From Phoronis australis (Eukaryota > Animalia > Phoronida): a stretch of DNA of 64,000 nucleotides. The stretch spans positions 227,365 to 291,364 of the forward strand of contig NMRA01000344.1 of assembly GCA_002633005.1 (NCBI GenBank), given 5' to 3'. Both the position numbers and the translations under genes were made by a program. The stretch's first letter is position 1. Every line of letters starts with the position of its first letter. The notes under the pieces were generated by a model that ran no database searches, was not told the origin of the DNA, and saw only the letters and a program-made list of their open reading frames with translations. Below are positions 63,195 through 64,000 of this stretch, piece by piece.

Positions 63195-63353
63195 CTATAG
63201 CTCATCGTGCTTTGGTCCTGAGAATTCTTCAAACGTTATCACGCCATCTTTATCTTTGTCTTCACTTTGGAAGATTTCACTGACCAGCGTGTCGTGATCG
63301 TCTGCTTCAAACTGTTCATCATCACCTGCACTCGCCTTTATGTATTTTGACAC
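63195..63353 (-). CDS. Last exon of ER-resident EF-hand FKBP-type peptidyl-prolyl isomerase (FKBP14/FKBP7-like); rest of gene beyond window end
   Basis: tttcag acceptor (63354-63355 on -); VSKYIK...LVSEIFQSEDKDKDGVITFEEFSGPKHDEL*: canonical EF-hand DKDKDGVITFEE plus C-terminal HDEL ER-retention signal, the ending typical of invertebrate FKBP14. Confidence 0.85.
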   Translation of the reverse strand: MSKYIKASAGDDEQFEADDHDTLVSEIFQSEDKDKDGVITFEEFSGPKHDEL

Positions 63354-63576
63354 CTGAAACACAGACAAGTTCTCGTTGTCAACTGACTTGGGCACTAGAT
63401 TCCTATTGGTCAGTTCATGAGGTCAACTCTGTGCCATAACCTCACACGCAGTGGATCACCACATGATTGACTGGAATTAATTGTGCACCACACAATAACA
63501 AGATGTAAAAAATATTAATCACTACTTCGACAACTTACTACACAATAAGTGCTGCAAGTTGTGATTGATCATATTT

Positions 63577-63814
63577 CAGAGGCGGATCTACAGGGGGGGT
63601 TCAGGGGGTTTAAACCCCCCCCTCGGGACAGGATCAAAAATAAAAACTGGAAAAAAAATCGCCAGAAAAACGAAATTAGCTACTAAAAATCCCCAAAAAT
63701 CTTACACGGGAGGAGGGAAACCTTCTCGCGACCTTTCTTCTCCTCGGCGCTACGCGCTTCGGATTCTCTCGAATCTTAAACCCCCCCCTTACTGAAATCG
63801 TAGATCTGCCACTG
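63577..63814. mobile_element. MITE with CAG(A/T)GGC(G/A)GATCTAC termini and 5-bp TSD (TATTT)
   Basis: TATTT|CAGAGGCGGATCTAC ... GTAGATCTGCCACTG|TATTT; internal ggggtttaaacccc palindrome. Confidence 0.75.
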
Positions 63815-64000
63815 TATTTTAGACTCAGTTATCCATCTGGATGGATGATAACGTGTTCTGTGTAACGATAAAAGTATACAGACAAACTAACAAGAGCACC
63901 GCAAGTGGTTGAAATGCACTCAATACTGCACCAGGACTGTGCGTCTAGGCATGTTAATTAAGCATAATTCCATCACACACCTCTGTATCAACTCTCGGTG

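Overview
AT-rich, intron-rich eukaryotic (invertebrate-type metazoan) genomic DNA, not prokaryotic; almost all entries in the ORF track are exon fragments or repeat artefacts. Reading GT..AG exons by hand gives four genes. (1) A large + strand gene, 5' end outside the window, ~19 exons from 1200 to 29727. It encodes a melanophilin/MyRIP-type Rab-binding (Slp-homology) segment followed by two Ig I-set domains and long low-complexity regions, with candidate alternative C-termini. (2) COPS8 on the - strand (7 exons, 44557->31838, 190 aa). (3) MPND on the + strand (13 exons, 44822->59168, 477 aa, RAMA + intact JAMM motif), head-to-head with COPS8 with only 264 bp between the two ATGs. (4) The last exon of an ER EF-hand/HDEL FKBP (FKBP14/7-like) on the - strand. 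Introns carry many minisatellites (two of which duplicate an exon end plus its splice donor), several MITEs with clear TIRs/TSDs, a TTAA-flanked Kolobok-like element, SINE- and HINE-like fragments, and a TSD-flanked tRNA-like element with Penelope-like inverted/partial-tandem architecture. A decayed Penelope GIY-YIG/hammerhead remnant lies between MPND and FKBP. Exon models are manual and need RNA-seq confirmation; no searches were run.
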